Below, piece by piece: positions 1-9,333 of a stretch of DNA of 64,000 nt. Each line of letters starts with the position of its first letter. Within the stretch, counting starts at the first letter, position 1. The stretch comes from an uncultured Candidatus Saccharibacteria bacterium (lineage in GTDB: Bacteria; Patescibacteriota; Minisyncoccia; Phycocordibacterales; UBA918). The notes beneath the pieces were generated by a model, which worked only from the letters and a program-made list of their open reading frames with translations, did not search any database and was not told where the DNA came from. The stretch spans positions 72,415 through 136,414 of the forward strand of contig CAZVFY010000002.1 of the NCBI GenBank assembly GCA_964626635.1, written 5' to 3'. The position numbers were made by a program, and so were the translations under genes.

Positions 1-203
1 TAACGCTTGCATTTGTAGAATCAGCGGCAACCGGCGACATCAAAGAAGAGACATTCGTGATCAGTGATCAGGAATTACAAGAGTTTGAGGTCGAACTACG
101 TGCGGCAGTTGCACAGATGCTGTCGGGGGAATGGGCCGAGACACCATGCACCGAAGCGGATTGCGAGTACTGGTATCTACTGCAACCTATTACTGAGTCG
201 TAG
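1..203 (+). CDS. 3' end of an upstream CDS (partial, unknown product)
   Basis: Frame 3 is open from the window edge to TAG at 201-203, about 67 codons (..ETFVISDQELQEFEVELRAAVAQMLSGEWAETPCTEADCEYWYLLQPITES). It has no Met start, so it is absent from the ORF track. Its stop overlaps the convergent DsbA-like gene. Confidence 0.3.
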   Translation, partial: TLAFVESAATGDIKEETFVISDQELQEFEVELRAAVAQMLSGEWAETPCTEADCEYWYLLQPITES

Positions 204-969
204 CGGGTGCCGGAGCCGTGTTGTCAGTTGCGCTTTGCCCGTCGAGCTGCGCGAGGATAAGATCAATCACGTTTTTTACAAAGGTGTATGATTCGGCACC
301 GGTGATCACGGCCTGGTCGCTCCCAGCCATCACTACTGTGTATGGCGTACCAGCGCCAGCGCCGGCGTTAAGTCCATCTTGCATATCGGCTTTCAGTCTG
401 TCCATCATCCGATCACTGTCCATGCAGGACTGATAGTCGACTGCGTTCACACCAGATTCTTCGGCAAAAGACCGCAGGCGAGTCACGTTAGTCGGCTCGA
501 TGTCGACGCGACTCTCGAACACGGCGTCAGAAAAATCCCAAAACGCCTCATTGCCGCCAATATCACCAACACAGAGCGCCGCCTCCGAGATTAGCGTGGC
601 ATTGGGGTGTACGTCAACTAGTGGGAATTGGCGATACACCCAGGCGACGCGTCCGGTCACGCCGTACTCGTCCATAATCTGGTGCATGGTATTGTGAAAA
701 CGCTTACAGTACGGACAGTCGTAGTCAGAGTATTCGATCAGCACCACCGGTGCATTAGGGTTACCAACGATGTAGTCGTCGGCGCTAACTGGCCGCACAG
801 AACTGAGGGGGTCAGCGCCGCTGACTTGGGACTCGTCAGTCAAATTTGGTGAGGCGTCTCGCGGTCCACTGGTCACAAAAATAGCGGCTGCCACGAGCGC
901 AAACCCGACAACTATTGCAATCGGCACTAGCGGCGAGGGGCCTTTTTCTGGCGTTTGGTATGGATCCAT
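190..969 (-). CDS. DsbA-like thiol:disulfide oxidoreductase, N-terminal membrane anchor
   Basis: Thioredoxin-fold CPYC active site (YSDYDCPYCKRFH). N-terminal hydrophobic helix (IAIVVGFALVAAAIFV). Confidence 0.8.
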   Translation of the reverse strand: MDPYQTPEKGPSPLVPIAIVVGFALVAAAIFVTSGPRDASPNLTDESQVSGADPLSSVRPVSADDYIVGNPNAPVVLIEYSDYDCPYCKRFHNTMHQIMDEYGVTGRVAWVYRQFPLVDVHPNATLISEAALCVGDIGGNEAFWDFSDAVFESRVDIEPTNVTRLRSFAEESGVNAVDYQSCMDSDRMMDRLKADMQDGLNAGAGAGTPYTVVMAGSDQAVITGAESYTFVKNVIDLILAQLDGQSATDNTAPAPATTQ

Positions 970-1015
970 ACAATTTAATTATCCTACAATTACGTATGCA
1001 GTATACCATGCAGAC

Positions 1016-1843
1016 GTGCTACACTCGTTTACAATGAGTGTAGTCGAAGCAATAGTCCTTGGTCTCGTGCAAGGCATCACCGAGTTTTTACCTATCTCGT
1101 CGACCGGCCACTTGGTGTTGGCACGCGAATGGCTACAGATTGACGGAGTCAACGCGCTGGCGATTGATGCGGTGCTGCACTTTGCAACGTGTGCCGCAGT
1201 CATTATTTATTTTAGGCGGGATTTGTGGGTACTGCTGCAGGCCCTATTACGTAAGCTGGGGCGGTTGCCGGTTGATCCCAAGCCACTACGACTGCTCAGC
1301 GCGCTCGCGGTCGGTACTGTACCCGCCGTGGTGGCCGGGCTGTTGCTACAATCGACCGTCGAGACCTACACGCAATCGGCATTGTTTGTGGCTGGGGTGT
1401 TGTTTGTAGCGTCGATATTTTTCTTGTTTGCCGAGTGGCGCTACATGCTGAATCCGCCACGCGGCTCTATCACCGTTAAGCGCGGATTACTGGTCGGGGC
1501 ATTCCAAGTGTTGGCGCTATTGCCGGGTATGTCACGCTCGGGAGTGACGATTGCGGGCGGGATGTTGCTGGGGCTGAAACGGGATGAGGCAACGCGGTTT
1601 TCGTTCCTACTGGCCATACCAATTACATTTGGGGTGGGACTGAAACTAATGATTGATTTGCTAGCTGAGGGTGGTGAAGTAGAGTGGCTACCGATCTATT
1701 ATGCGGCTGGGGTCGCGTTTGTAACAGCGCTGTTGGTGATCCATTTATTTTTACAGTTCATTCGTCGCCACACGCTCTGGCCGTTCGTGTGGTATGGGAT
1801 TATTTTGTCTAGTCTGGTAGCGTACTCCGCGTTTATTGCATAG
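1016..1843 (+). CDS. uppP: Undecaprenyl-diphosphatase (BacA/UppP)
   Basis: N-terminal signature VEAIVLGLVQGITEFLPISSTGHL. Multi-TM, 275 aa. Confidence 0.9.
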   Translation: MLHSFTMSVVEAIVLGLVQGITEFLPISSTGHLVLAREWLQIDGVNALAIDAVLHFATCAAVIIYFRRDLWVLLQALLRKLGRLPVDPKPLRLLSALAVGTVPAVVAGLLLQSTVETYTQSALFVAGVLFVASIFFLFAEWRYMLNPPRGSITVKRGLLVGAFQVLALLPGMSRSGVTIAGGMLLGLKRDEATRFSFLLAIPITFGVGLKLMIDLLAEGGEVEWLPIYYAAGVAFVTALLVIHLFLQFIRRHTLWPFVWYGIILSSLVAYSAFIA

Positions 1844-1893
1844 TAAATAACACACTTTGCACGCAGCTACGTGCTATAAATCTCGCTTTAAGA

Positions 1894-2511
1894 CTAGAAC
1901 AACAAACTATGTGTCATGGCGGCGTCTTCGCGGACTTCCCAGTGGGCAGTATCGAGCGGGATCTCGCGTTTGCGGTGGCCGTCTTTAAATTTTACAAAAC
2001 CGTTCTGACGGGCAAACTCGAATACTTCTTTAGTGACTTTGACGTCTTGCTCGCAGTACTTTTTAATGTCTTTGATATTGCCTTCTCGCCACCAGCGAAC
2101 TGCCTGCAGGCCGTCGGCAGACTTTTTGGCGCCAACTGTTGCCTGTGCGACACTGTCGAGTCGCAGACGCCGCCCGAGCGAAGCTTTAATATCTTCTAGT
2201 AGGTCAATGCTTTTGATCTGCGTCAGGTCGCCTGGGTAGTACTTATCGAGGAGTGGAATATCAAAATGGTTGCTGTTGTACCCGACCAGTGCATCGGCCG
2301 CCTCGATGATCGGCCAGAGCGTGTCAATTTCGTCGATTGTGACGGTGGTGTACGTGTCAGTTTTGGAGTCGTACACAGTTGCGACCGAAATATCCAAATC
2401 AGCCGGATTAGAGGAACCGACTTCCTGGAAAATGTTCTGGGTTTCGAGGTCAAAAACGATGTAGCGCATATTATGACAGTGTAGCAGAGTAATGCTGAGC
2501 AATTTTTTCAA
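1894..2511 (-). CDS. DEDDy-type RNase H-fold 3'-5' exonuclease (PolB-exo-like, COG3298-like)
   Basis: YIVFDLETQ (Exo I), GYNSNHFDIPLL (Exo II) and YCEQDVKVT (Exo III YxxxD) motifs. Confidence 0.55.
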   Translation of the reverse strand: MKKLLSITLLHCHNMRYIVFDLETQNIFQEVGSSNPADLDISVATVYDSKTDTYTTVTIDEIDTLWPIIEAADALVGYNSNHFDIPLLDKYYPGDLTQIKSIDLLEDIKASLGRRLRLDSVAQATVGAKKSADGLQAVRWWREGNIKDIKKYCEQDVKVTKEVFEFARQNGFVKFKDGHRKREIPLDTAHWEVREDAAMTHSLLF

Positions 2512-3757
2512 TTGGCCAGCGCTCTATGAAATTAGGTTTGCTGGTGTTCAAACTAAATTGGAATGTGTTGGTGGCCATTGCTTCCTCGTCAACTTTAAAA
2601 AATGTCAAGACGACAGGGTCCTTTAGTGCCGCATTCAGCTTTTTATCAATGGCACGCGCTGAGGTGTCTGTAACGCAATTTAGTCCGTGCGCACGAAACG
2701 CCTCTGCTATCCGCAGGGTTGCGAGGTTGTATGCTGGTGCTTCAGAAATAAGCTTGAGGACTTTAGGTTTCATGATGTTACCTAGTAAATTATGTGTCTT
2801 GAGAAAATCAAGCATCGTCACATCACCCAGCCCAAACCCAATGCCGCTCACTGGCTCGCCGCCGAAGAGTCCGGTCAGGTTGTCGTAGCGGCCGCCACCC
2901 AGCAATGACCGACGGTTATCACGGTGGGTGTCTTTAATTTCAAATATTGTACCGGTGTAGTAATCAAACCCACGAGCCAGCGACCGATCCAGTCGGACAT
3001 TGTTAATTCCCAGTTCACGCAATAAGGAAACGACTTGTGAGTCACCAGGGTCGCTCGTCTCGATCATGCTCTTGATATCATGCGCCAGTCGTTCGTCTTT
3101 CACTAACTCTTGCAGGGCTGCCAAGTAGTCGCTGTCGCTAATCTTTTCTTTGCGATCATTGAGGCGGGTGATGGCGGTGACGGTGTTAGCGTCCAAGATC
3201 CCAAGCGCCGCGTACGCGTGATTCATCGTCGCGCGGTTATTGACGAGGATCTCGAACATGTCGTCAGTCGCACCGAACGTCGTAAAAATTTGATGCGCGA
3301 GCTGGATCATCTCGACGTCCTGCATGATGTCAGATGGGCCAAAAATATCACAATTTAATTGCCAGTGTTCGCGCAACCGTCCGCGCTGCGCGCGCTCGTA
3401 CCGAAACAGATTTGGGATCGAGTACCACCGCAGCGGAAACGCCAACTCACGTCGTCGCGCAGCGACCATGCGTGCGACTGTTGGTGTCATTTCGGGGCGT
3501 AATGTGACAGAGCGATCACCGCGGTCAGTGAAGGTGTACGTTTGCTCATTAGCCAGCTCGGCGTTCTCGGCGCCTTTGGCGGTGTAGAGTGCCGATGGTT
3601 CAAGGACGCTGGCGTCATAGCGTACAAATCCAAATTGCTCGGCCGCCTGGGCCCAGGTGTCGAAGATGTACTGCTGCACCGCAAAATCTGCCGGATAAAA
3701 ATCACGGACGCCTTTGTAGGGGTTGGTTGAAAGTGGTTCAGATGACAGGTCGCTCAT
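2471..3757 (-). CDS. hisS: Histidine--tRNA ligase
   Basis: Class II HisRS motifs LRPEMTPTVAR, RYERAQRGRLREHWQ and GGGRYDNL. 428 aa. Confidence 0.9.
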   Translation of the reverse strand: MSDLSSEPLSTNPYKGVRDFYPADFAVQQYIFDTWAQAAEQFGFVRYDASVLEPSALYTAKGAENAELANEQTYTFTDRGDRSVTLRPEMTPTVARMVAARRRELAFPLRWYSIPNLFRYERAQRGRLREHWQLNCDIFGPSDIMQDVEMIQLAHQIFTTFGATDDMFEILVNNRATMNHAYAALGILDANTVTAITRLNDRKEKISDSDYLAALQELVKDERLAHDIKSMIETSDPGDSQVVSLLRELGINNVRLDRSLARGFDYYTGTIFEIKDTHRDNRRSLLGGGRYDNLTGLFGGEPVSGIGFGLGDVTMLDFLKTHNLLGNIMKPKVLKLISEAPAYNLATLRIAEAFRAHGLNCVTDTSARAIDKKLNAALKDPVVLTFFKVDEEAMATNTFQFSLNTSKPNFIERWPIEKIAQHYSATLS

Positions 3758-3862
3758 ATCAAAGATTGTACGGCACTAACTACTAAAATAAAAGCTGACA
3801 TTGACAATATAACACATTAATGTCAAAGTGAAATTAACTTACACCAGTGAAAGGAGGTTGTA

Positions 3863-4483
3863 ATGTTGGACCGAGTAAGGACGCTCTTTGAAACGCACAC
3901 GGACCGCGCGGCCTTCTTTGCCCCAATTGGGAGATCGTTCCCACCAGGAGGGAGAGAGTACGAGCTGATCGAAAAGGCATATAATATCGCCAAAGACGCG
4001 TTCCGTCAGGAATCGCGTGAGGGCGGCGAACGCTACTTCGAGCATCTGCGAGCAGTTGCCCTAGTGGTAATGCAGCATCTGCGCATCAAAGATGCCCCAA
4101 TGATCGCGGCTGCACTCTTGCATGACCTAGTAGAAGACGTCTACGAGTGGACGCATGACCGTGTCCGGCTCGAGTTTGGTGATGAGGTCGCAGAACTCGT
4201 TTGGTGGGTCACCAAACCGCATGTCAATGAATACGATGGCGATAAGGAAGCTCGCAATCGTGTGTACCACGAGAATCTACGGCGGGCACCGCGCAACGCA
4301 ATCGTGATCAAACTTGCCGATCGGCTCCATAACGTCATGACGCTCGGATCCACACCGGACGCCAAGCAAGTGCGCAAAGTCCGCGAGACGCAGGACTTCT
4401 ATCTCCCGTTAGCAGAGTGCCACACTCTGTTAATCCATGAGATTGAAGACGCATTGCGATTGGTAATGCCAGCAGTGAGATGA
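3863..4483 (+). CDS. HD-domain (p)ppGpp hydrolase (SpoT/Mesh1-like small alarmone hydrolase)
   Basis: RelA/SpoT-type HD motif HLRAVALVV...AALLHDLVEDV. RBS GAAAGGAGG 6 nt upstream of the ATG. Confidence 0.7.
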   Translation: MLDRVRTLFETHTDRAAFFAPIGRSFPPGGREYELIEKAYNIAKDAFRQESREGGERYFEHLRAVALVVMQHLRIKDAPMIAAALLHDLVEDVYEWTHDRVRLEFGDEVAELVWWVTKPHVNEYDGDKEARNRVYHENLRRAPRNAIVIKLADRLHNVMTLGSTPDAKQVRKVRETQDFYLPLAECHTLLIHEIEDALRLVMPAVR

Positions 4484-4493
4484 GCCGTATAAG

Positions 4494-4528
4494 AAGCCGG
4501 CGACGTACACACGTCGCCGGCTTTATCA
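4494..4528 (+). terminator. Rho-independent terminator hairpin
   Basis: AAGCCGGCGACG-tacaca-CGTCGCCGGCTTT followed by a TTATCATT tract, between convergent genes. Confidence 0.6.
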
Positions 4529-4560
4529 TTCCGTCACTTACGACTAAGGTCCGTTGCCAA

Positions 4561-5154
4561 CTACATGTCAAAACGCTCACTGTCACGGCCGAGTGGGGTA
4601 GTGTCGGACATACTATCTAATTCGCGCAAGCGAATGTCCATGGCTTTTTGGATGGTGGCTTGGAGGCCTTTGGGGTCAGGCAGGCCGCTGCTGACAAAAT
4701 TGCTGGCGTGGGCACCGGCAGTCTGCGCCTTAAGGGTACCAAAATTGAGGAGGGTAGCAATCAGGCCGCTAACCCGGAATTGAATGTCTTGCATCCGCTC
4801 GAGCCGAAAAATACTTACATTGCGATTGAAAAATGAAATTTGGTCAACCACGATAATTCTTCGATCAGTGATAATCCATAAGTCTAAATAATAATGTGTC
4901 CACACCGCAAAAGTAGCCAGCGTTACTAAAAACGTAAATGCCAGCGACCCAAAAATAAACGCACCCAAGAATGCCGATAGATCAATGGTAGTGGTGGTCA
5001 GGCTAGTGAACGCAATGTATCCCACAAATCCGAGTAAGGGCAGCAATAGTAAAAACCCCATCGCTAGCAACTCGATGGTAATCACAAACCAGTGCTTGCG
5101 GACAGTTTTAAGGATCTCCTCGCCTGGCTCTAGTTCAATTTTGTCGAGTAACAT
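4561..5154 (-). CDS. Membrane protein with a bacterial PH domain (bPH_2, YdbS-like)
   Basis: Two N-terminal TM helices followed by a PH-like domain (WIITDRRIIVVDQISFFNRNVSIFRLERMQDIQF). Confidence 0.6.
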   Translation of the reverse strand: MLLDKIELEPGEEILKTVRKHWFVITIELLAMGFLLLLPLLGFVGYIAFTSLTTTTIDLSAFLGAFIFGSLAFTFLVTLATFAVWTHYYLDLWIITDRRIIVVDQISFFNRNVSIFRLERMQDIQFRVSGLIATLLNFGTLKAQTAGAHASNFVSSGLPDPKGLQATIQKAMDIRLRELDSMSDTTPLGRDSERFDM

Positions 5155-5164
5155 ATTATTAAGG

Positions 5165-5362
5165 CTATAGACTAATTAGCACACTCAGACCCATCAGTAA
5201 CAGCAGGGGTAGGGTGGTCGCTGCATAAGTGATGTAGGTCCGACGAGTAACAGTTGTGTTCATGCTGTACTCGCGCCAGTGATAGTGCAAAATATAGCTG
5301 TACACAATATAAATTGCGAGCAGTACAAGAAAGATAAGTCCGAGCAGTGATCCAGTAGTCAT
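5165..5362 (-). CDS. Small 2-TM membrane protein, hypothetical
   Basis: 65 aa with two hydrophobic helices. It lies between prmC and the bPH gene on the same strand. Confidence 0.35.
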   Translation of the reverse strand: MTTGSLLGLIFLVLLAIYIVYSYILHYHWREYSMNTTVTRRTYITYAATTLPLLLLMGLSVLISL

Positions 5363-5374
5363 GGTTCTATTCTA

Positions 5375-6226
5375 TCACCCTTGAATCAGTACACTGTAGC
5401 GGGTGCGGCCATACTGGTCCCGCTCGTTTGTGACAGCAAAGCCATGCTCACTCCCTAGTGCTGTGATAGCTGCGGCTTGTTCTGGTTCGTGCTCGATCCA
5501 GAGTTGACCGCGTAGGGTGAGGTGGTGGGGCGCGGCGGCGATAATACTATTGATTAATTCGACGCCGCCGCGCCCGCCGTACAGTGCTAGGTGCGGCTCA
5601 TAGGTTTTGACTGATTGCTCGGCTCGGTCAACGGCCGGGTCTATGTACGGGGGATTGGTCAGTATAAAATCGTATGTAGTGTCGCTCGGCAAGTTTGCGA
5701 ACAGGTCTGATTCAAATACTCGACAGCGTTCCGATTCCTCAACATTTGCGTCAATATTTTTTTGGATGGTCGACAAGAGGCGCGGATCGATTTCTGCGAA
5801 ATCAACCCGCGCCTCCGCCACGTGCTCGGCAACAGCTACCCCGATACAGCCGCTACCAGCACAGAGGTCGAGCACTTGCGGGGTGTTCGCTGATAGAAGG
5901 CGCTCCTTTTCCGCTTGTCCTCGCTCGGAGTATGCTCGCTGTGGACGCTGCAAATGAACGCCTTCTATCTGCTTCTGTATTAGTCCGATCGCTATCTCCA
6001 CCCAATACTCTGTCTCAACTCGGGGAATCAGCGGCTTCGCTACATCGCCAATACTCGTTTCTGCCTGTAGAAATATTTTGCAATTTAAAAATGGCACGTG
6101 CCCGATCACATACCCAAGCGGCTCGCCGGCGTTGAGTCGTGCGCAGTCCGCGCGAAATGCAGCGGACTCGACGCCGTTGTGCTTTTCGTGTAGTAACCAT
6201 CGTTTGCCTTGATCTATACTATTCAC
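5375..6226 (-). CDS. prmC: Release factor glutamine N5-methyltransferase (HemK/PrmC)
   Basis: NPPY motif (FILTNPPYI), SAM-binding LDLCAGSGCIG and HemK N-terminal EPLGYVIGH. Confidence 0.8.
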   Translation of the reverse strand: MNSIDQGKRWLLHEKHNGVESAAFRADCARLNAGEPLGYVIGHVPFLNCKIFLQAETSIGDVAKPLIPRVETEYWVEIAIGLIQKQIEGVHLQRPQRAYSERGQAEKERLLSANTPQVLDLCAGSGCIGVAVAEHVAEARVDFAEIDPRLLSTIQKNIDANVEESERCRVFESDLFANLPSDTTYDFILTNPPYIDPAVDRAEQSVKTYEPHLALYGGRGGVELINSIIAAAPHHLTLRGQLWIEHEPEQAAAITALGSEHGFAVTNERDQYGRTRYSVLIQG

Positions 6227-6257
6227 AGTATGTGACAGATTATACTAGTAAATAAAT

Positions 6258-6287
6258 TTGTACAAACCTTCTTAACCCGCGTACAAT
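6258..6287 (+). promoter_or_regulatory. Sigma70-like promoter (TTGTAC-18-TACAAT); ABC gene transcript apparently leaderless
   Basis: The -10 TACAAT sits at 6282-6287 and the ATG at 6294. No RBS can fit in the gap. Confidence 0.4.
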
Positions 6288-6293
6288 ATCGAC

Positions 6294-7040
6294 ATGAGTG
6301 CACCAATGCTGGAAATCAAACACCTCACCAAAGTCTACGACAAAGGCAAGGAAGCTAAAACCGCCGTTGATGATATCTCGTTAACCGTTAAGCGCGGTGC
6401 CTTTTACGGCTTGCTCGGTGGGAATGGCGCTGGCAAATCAACGACCATTCACTGCATCACCGGCATCGCGCAGCCCACGAGCGGACAGATCCTCGTTGAC
6501 GGGGTTGACGTGGTCGCAGACTACCGCACCGCCCGCACCAAAGTCGGACTCAGTCCACAGGAATTTAACGTCGATATTTTTGCGACACCGTATCAGCTGA
6601 TGGATTATATGGGCGGGTACTACGGCATCAAACAAGCCGAGCGCGAGTCGCGGATCGAAGAGCTGATTAAACGCTTTGACCTGCAGGAGCACCGTGACGT
6701 CAAATTCCAAAAGTTATCAGGCGGGCTCAAGCGGCGTGCGATGCTCGGGCGCGCGCTCATTCATACGCCGGACTTGTTAATCCTCGATGAACCGACCGCG
6801 GGGGTGGATGTCGAGCAACGGCACGACCTGTGGAAATACCTCAAACAAATGAACGAGCGCGGCAAGACTATCATCTTGACCTCGCACTACCTCGAAGAGA
6901 TCCAATACCTCTGCAAAGAAATTGTTATCATTAACCACGGTAAAATCGTAGCCGAAGGTACCAAAGCGGACTTTATGAAGGACGGTAAATCGGTCGAAGA
7001 AACGTATCTAAAAATTACGAGTAAGGATAATCAACAGTAA
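6294..7040 (+). CDS. ABC transporter ATP-binding protein
   Basis: Walker A GGNGAGKST, ABC signature LSGGLKRR and Walker B LILDEPTAGVD. Confidence 0.9.
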   Translation: MSAPMLEIKHLTKVYDKGKEAKTAVDDISLTVKRGAFYGLLGGNGAGKSTTIHCITGIAQPTSGQILVDGVDVVADYRTARTKVGLSPQEFNVDIFATPYQLMDYMGGYYGIKQAERESRIEELIKRFDLQEHRDVKFQKLSGGLKRRAMLGRALIHTPDLLILDEPTAGVDVEQRHDLWKYLKQMNERGKTIILTSHYLEEIQYLCKEIVIINHGKIVAEGTKADFMKDGKSVEETYLKITSKDNQQ

Positions 7041-7165
7041 AACAGGGATAATGTTTACTGTCAGCTGAAAGCACGAACCAAGTACTATGCTCAGACTTTT
7101 TCAAAAAAGTCTTCCGCAAGTCTTTCTGCCGGCAGCAACCATTAACCGTCACAAAGCATCATATT

Positions 7166-7927
7166 ATGAACACCATTGGACTCATCACTATGTTCCGTCG
7201 CGAAGTACAGCGCACCATGCGCGTGGCGATCCAAACGCTGGTGGCTCCCGTTATTTCGGCCGCTTTATATATTTTTATTTTTGGTACCGTTATTGGGACT
7301 CGGATAGAAGATTTTGCGGGTGTGCCGTACATCGAATTTGTGTTCCCGGGTGTGTTGATGCTATCTATTATCAATGCATCATTTTCTAGTGCCTCAAGTT
7401 CACTGTACTTTATGCGTTTTACCCGTGGTATCGAAGAGATTCTGATTGCTCCGTTTTCGTACCTTGAAATGCTCATTGGGTTTGTCGGGAGCGCAGTGCT
7501 GCGCGCACTTCTAGTGGGGTTTCTAATCCTTGGGGTGGGGGTGTTGTTTGGTGCGGTGTCGCTGGTGAATCCACTGGCTTTTGCTGTGTATACGGCCGCA
7601 ATAGCTGCTATATTTGCAATGCTCGGGATCATCACGGCACTGTGGGCCGAAGGGTTCGAGCAGCTCCAGAGTCTTAATACATTTGTAATTACGCCGCTGA
7701 CGTACCTTGGAGGAATTTTCTACAGTATTACTTTTTTGCCCGATTTGGCCGCGACCATCACTCGCTTTAACCCGTTCTTTTATTTTGCTGACGGCATTCG
7801 CAGTAGCATGATCGGGTATTCCGAAGCCAATACAACGGTTGGTGTGTTGATCATTGGCACGCTTGTGATTGCGCTTGGCACGTTAGTAACCCTGTTGTTC
7901 AAACGGGGGTGGAAAATTAGAGCTTAG
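7166..7927 (+). CDS. ABC-2 family transporter permease
   Basis: Six predicted TM helices. It follows the ABC ATPase. Confidence 0.8.
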   Translation: MNTIGLITMFRREVQRTMRVAIQTLVAPVISAALYIFIFGTVIGTRIEDFAGVPYIEFVFPGVLMLSIINASFSSASSSLYFMRFTRGIEEILIAPFSYLEMLIGFVGSAVLRALLVGFLILGVGVLFGAVSLVNPLAFAVYTAAIAAIFAMLGIITALWAEGFEQLQSLNTFVITPLTYLGGIFYSITFLPDLAATITRFNPFFYFADGIRSSMIGYSEANTTVGVLIIGTLVIALGTLVTLLFKRGWKIRA

Positions 7928-7987
7928 TTGACAAAAATCTAAAATAAGTACATAACTATAATAGTTGGTTCCGCCAAGGAGATGAAA

Positions 7988-8137
7988 ATGACTAACCAGA
8001 ACTATGCCGCAGCGGCTGTTATTGCCGCTATTCTGAACTTGTTAGCGATTGTATTTTTCCCTTCTGAGCGTTGGTTAGTAACAGGAACAGGAGCGGTAAT
8101 GATGTATTTCTTTTTCATGTACATATACAGACTGTAA
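7988..8137 (+). CDS. Small hydrophobic protein (about 49 aa), hypothetical
   Basis: RBS AAGGAG 6 nt upstream of the ATG at 7988. The product is a 2-TM peptide (MTNQNYAAAAVIAAILNLLAIVFF...MMYFFFMYIYRL). A GC hairpin terminator follows directly. It is below the 60-aa cutoff of the ORF track. Confidence 0.4.
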   Translation: MTNQNYAAAAVIAAILNLLAIVFFPSERWLVTGTGAVMMYFFFMYIYRL

Positions 8138-8146
8138 GTTGGGGAC

Positions 8147-8175
8147 GGGCGGCGCGGATACGCGCCGCCCTTTGC
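8147..8175 (+). terminator. Rho-independent terminator
   Basis: GGGCGGCGCG-gata-CGCGCCGCCC followed by TTTGC. Confidence 0.65.
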
Positions 8176-8187
8176 TATGCTAGTAGT

Positions 8188-9189
8188 ATGAAAAATAATA
8201 GCAAACTATACGAAACCGCTGCGGCCTTGATGGCCAGCGGCAAAGGCATCCTCGCCGCCGACGAATCAGACCCAACCGCCGGTAAGCGCCTAACCCAAGT
8301 CCATTTACCAAACACCCCTGAAAATCGCCAAGACTTTCGGGAAATTCTATTTACCGCGCCGGGGATCGAAGAATTCATTTCTGGCGTCATTATGTATGAC
8401 TCATCAATCCGCAACACGACAGATTCCGGCATTCCGTTCCCGGACGTACTGATCGCCAAAGGTATCATCCCAGGCATCAAGGTAGACCGAGGCGTCCGCG
8501 ATCACGAGGGTTTCCCAGACGAGGTAATCACTCAGGGTCTCGATGATCTCGGTGAGCGCCTGGAGGCGTACTACGGCATGGGCGCTCGGTTTGCGAAATG
8601 GCGCATGGTGGTAAACATCGACGGTGATGAAACACCGACCTACGAGACAGTCAAAATGAACTGCGTCATGATGACGCGCTACGCTCAACTGTGTCAGGCG
8701 GCGGGCATCGTACCGATCGTCGAACCAGAGGTCATTCACGCTGGCGACCACAGTCTCGAGAAAGCCGAACTTGAAACCACTCGGACATTGCAGATCTTGT
8801 TTGCGACGTTGCAGGAATATCGAGTGGATCTTGGCGGGTTGATCCTCAAGTCGTCGATGGTCTTGGCGGGGGACAAATACCGCGAACAAACCACCCCCGA
8901 ACAAGTCGCCCAAGCAACCTTGCGGACATTCCACTTGTCAGTACCACATGACTGTGCCGGGATCGTATTCCTGTCTGGTGGACAAACGCCCGAGCGTTCA
9001 ACTGACAATCTGCGGGCGATTGCTGCCCTTGGTACGCAGCCGTGGCCGATTACATTTTCCTTCTCACGAGCACTCGAAAACCCGGTCCTTGATGCGTGGG
9101 ACGGCAAGCCTGATAATGTCGACGCCGCCAAAGTCGCGATGTACGAGGTGGCCAAGCGCAACGCGGCGGCCAGTCTGGGGCAGGAGTAA
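8188..9189 (+). CDS. Fructose-bisphosphate aldolase class I
   Basis: Class I FBA motif GKGILAADES. The ORF-track start at 8071 overlaps the upstream terminator, so the start was moved to ATG 8188 (MKNNSKLYETAAALMASGKGILAADES). Confidence 0.85.
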   Translation: MKNNSKLYETAAALMASGKGILAADESDPTAGKRLTQVHLPNTPENRQDFREILFTAPGIEEFISGVIMYDSSIRNTTDSGIPFPDVLIAKGIIPGIKVDRGVRDHEGFPDEVITQGLDDLGERLEAYYGMGARFAKWRMVVNIDGDETPTYETVKMNCVMMTRYAQLCQAAGIVPIVEPEVIHAGDHSLEKAELETTRTLQILFATLQEYRVDLGGLILKSSMVLAGDKYREQTTPEQVAQATLRTFHLSVPHDCAGIVFLSGGQTPERSTDNLRAIAALGTQPWPITFSFSRALENPVLDAWDGKPDNVDAAKVAMYEVAKRNAAASLGQE

Positions 9190-9296
9190 TGTTAGTTCAG
9201 TCAGTTTTAAAACGAACCGTGTTTCGACAGACGGGTGGGTTTGGCTGGGGCGGCCGAGAAATATGGAGCGATTTTAAAACCATAATTTATAGAAGT

Positions 9297-9333
9297 AAAC
9301 AAATCCCGACGCATGCCGGGATTTGTTTATTTC
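9297..9333. terminator. Bidirectional Rho-independent terminator
   Basis: AAACAAATCCCG-acgcatg-CCGGGATTTGTTT flanked by an A-run and a T-run, between convergent genes. Confidence 0.65.

Noticed and set aside
64-291. 75-aa plus-strand ORF at the window start
   Set aside because: It overlaps, out of frame, both the 3' end of the partial upstream CDS and the DsbA-like gene on the opposite strand. Its composition is Arg/Cys-rich and nonsense-like.
8071-8187. N-terminal extension of the aldolase ORF as given in the ORF track
   Set aside because: The extension reads through the small-peptide stop and the GC hairpin terminator. The class I aldolase homology begins at Met 8188.
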